This document shows positions 61,200 through 64,000 of a stretch of DNA of 64,000 bases, one piece after another (position 1 is the first letter of the stretch; every line of letters begins with the position of its first letter). Origin of the DNA: Vicugna vicugna (Eukaryota). The notes beneath the pieces were generated by a model. That model had not been told where the DNA came from. It saw nothing but the letters and a program-made list of their open reading frames with translations, and made no database searches. Where the stretch lies: positions 629,303 through 693,302 of the forward strand of contig MU057640.1 of the NCBI GenBank assembly GCA_013265495.1. The letters run 5' to 3'. The position numbers and the translations under genes are program-made.

Positions 61200-64000
61200 C
61201 TGCAGAGACAGCGACACAGGGGCACCACAGGCGCACACACACACAGAGGACAGAGACAGAGAGCCAGACAGGTGGATTAATTGTTGCACCAGCCCCCGAG
61301 GTCAAACGACTTAGCTTACCGACCCCTTTGATCTCTAGGTTTGAGAGCCTGAACCACGGACAGCTGAACAGCCAGGGCTCTGGGGCAGGTTAGGAGGTGC
61401 GACTCTTTCTGGGGTGTGGGAATTTTACTTACCCCAAACTAGGCATTTCAGCCCTTAGGTAGAGCATCTCTTAATACCCGTGGACTGTCCCTGAACTTGA
61501 TTTTTGCCAGGTGAGGAGGAGAAAGTAGCTTGGGGACTAGCGAGGTCACGGAGTGTGGATTGCTCCAAACAGATGGTAGTTAAGGATCTGGGTGACTCGG
61601 GACTGAGGAATTAACTGGTCCTAAGAATATGGATGACCCAGGAATCCCATTTGAAATGCAGGACTGAGCCCTCCTTGGGTCCTCCTGATGACTGTTTTGG
61701 GACTGGGAAGGTACAGGGGGCATCCGCTGAGACCTGGAGCCCGGAGTGGGTGAGCAGGTGTGGCTGCAGGACCCAGAGCAGCACGCTCCTATGTTCTTGG
61801 TCCCCATCTGTGGTACCCAGAGGATCAGGAAGTCTTAGAAACCCTTCACTTACAAACTATGTAGCCATTGTTTTGAAAAGAAAAAGGATAAACTCGACCG
61901 TGAGGCCCGGTCCCGAAGGCAGAGAGGTCCTGAGAGAGACTAGTTGGTCACTTGCCGGGGAGGAGGTGGCTTAGGAGCCTCTGATGTGGGACTGGGCACC
62001 AAAAAGAGGATGAGCAAGGGTCAGTCCTCTGCTTATTTCCCTGGTCATCGTCTGCACCCGTCCCCTGCTCGCCTGCTTCAGAAATCCATAGCATCGGACA
62101 GGGATCTAGAGGAGAGTGTGGCTGGACCCAAGCAGCTTGATCACCGTGTCTGAGAAAACACTCAGAGCCCACCCTGTTATTGACTGGGTCAGCGACACCA
62201 GTGCCATCTGCCTAAGGCAGCCCGCGGTCGCTCATCAGAGCTGCAGGGTGAGGTTGCAGGGGCCAGCTATTCCCCACATTCATTTCCAAATGGGGTGTGA
62301 GGGCTCATCTTGTTTACTGGGCTTGGCTGCGTATAAGCTGGATGTAATTAAAAAAAATTGATCAGGTTTGTGTAGCCTGGCAGGGTACTCAATAAACCTG
62401 CTGATTGATGAATTGATGGATAATGGGCATATCCAACAAACAGGCAACATGGGCTGTGAGTTCGCTGGATGCAGGACGATACGTCATCTGGCTTAGCTCT
62501 CCACGGAGGGACATACCAGTTTGACTTTGAGAATCCCGATGGCAGGGACCAGAGCTTGTTCAGAAATGGAATTGCTTGGGGCAGTTGGGAAGTCTGCATC
62601 TACTTCCCCTTTGCTCTGTTTTTCCCCTTTCTTTCACCCTTCATTTTCAATAGTGAGACGAAACTTCATTTTTTTCCTCCCCATCTTAAAACACACACGC
62701 ATGCACATGTGCACACAAAATCTCCCCATCAGCAACCTTATCTGAATCTTCAGATACACTAAACTTAGCCTGCAGCCGGATACATGTATACTGGGCTAAG
62801 GATTTTTTAATCAGGTTTTTTAATCTTAATCTTAGAAGGTTTCTGCAAATCACTAAAAGCAGGATGGCTACTCCTCTGGGTGGAGTGGTTTAGGTACAAC
62901 CCTAGTTCTAAAGTGCACAGTGACTGCCTTTCCCCTACAGAGCGGGAGGTATCTGTTATCCAGGTGGTCCACCTGGGAATGTCCTTCTCCACGCACGCCT
63001 GAAGGCAGGTGGCATGGGGAAATGCGGAGATGATGAGTCTGGGGGCCTCCTGGTCCATGGGCTCTACCAAACCTCCCCCAGCGATTTTCATCCGTGTCCA
63101 TCCCTGCTCACATGAAAGGCGCCAAGGATGGTTGCTTTCCTCTTGGATGCTGCTTATTGCTGTGGAAACCACACACCAAACCCCAGCTCCTCCCCCCTCC
63201 TCCCATCCCTCCTCCACCAGGGCCACAAGTTACATACCGTGTACCCAAATATCTACATTCCAGGTTTGCCATACATGGCATCTGGGGCTCTGATTTAGCG
63301 GGTGGACATGCAAAAAAGGAATCACTACAGCTTCTGAACAGCAGTCTGTTGCCAGGGCGTGTGTTCAAAGCCCAGAGACAAAGAAGGTGAAGTTTACCAG
63401 GCATCCAAACCCTCATTACGGCTTCATCCCCATTAGTGAGGTCATTTTGGCTGGAGAAGGGGCTGTGGTGGAGGGAGGGTAGTGATTCTATTTCTGGATG
63501 ATTGTGGGTCTGTCTGTTTTAGGTGAATTTGGCCCTGAGGATCCCCACCCTCCACACCTCCCAGTTCTACAGAGCTGGCTGGGCAAGGCTGGGCTGGGAG
63601 GTGCTAATTAATCTTTTCCTGCCTAAATCCTGGAGTTCAGCCTCACAGCTCTGGACTCCAAAGACGGGTCAGAGGCCAGCCCATCAATCCTTCCCCTCCC
63701 CTTCCCCCAGCTGCTTCCATTTCTCAGGGCTTCCTGGATGGAGGTGCAGCTGACCAGCCTGGAGAATGTGCCCTGAGATTGGTCCCGTCCTCTCAGCCAT
63801 CCAGGTGCTGCTCCTCGGCATTTTGGTCTCCCTCTCCCTGCTCCTGCACTCCTGCATTTACCAAATGCCAGTTCTGCTGCTAAAGGAGGTCATGAGAGTT
63901 CAGGTCGGCTGAGGGGCCAACTCAGCCCAGCTGCAATCTGTCCACCAGGCAGTGACCTCCCGGGTGAGGCTGGAAGGTGGTTCCTCATGTAGGACGCAGG

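Noticed and set aside
61200..64000. Further RGS6 coding exons upstream of the alpha exon
   Set aside because: No RGS6-like peptide with splice sites recognised; treated as intron.

Overview
Mammalian (non-primate) genomic DNA, most likely camelid (alpaca/camel), judged from two Vic-1-like tRNA-derived SINEs and no recognisable Alu, Bov-tA, PRE-1 or CAN SINEs. The window holds the facing 3' ends of two convergent genes. On the + strand are the last two coding exons of DPF3 (end of PHD2 of the DPF3b/BAF45C isoform, 7994-8075 and 8622-8692), followed by an apparently ~10.8 kb 3' UTR. On the - strand is the terminal alpha exon of RGS6 (GKSLAGKRLTGLMQSS*, 61199-61149) with a ~4 kb 3' UTR. The rest is intron or intergenic DNA rich in L1, L2, MIR, MaLR/ERVL LTR and MER5-type relics, plus one 117-N gap with a probable false duplication. 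Almost all supplied ORFs are noise. Most notable: (1) a degenerate ~60-bp tandem array at 37.87-38.23 kb in which every unit carries an EBF-type site overlapped by a kappaB-like site; (2) an RGS6 last exon that looks multi-coding (second open frame plus an internal, hairpin-flanked acceptor); (3) a TSD-flanked orphan 3'-UTR retrocopy and a probable L1 3' transduction nested in one old L1; (4) a palindromic double-octamer. No prokaryote-type system (CRISPR, operon) is present. Gene identities and repeat family names come from recognition, not database searches.
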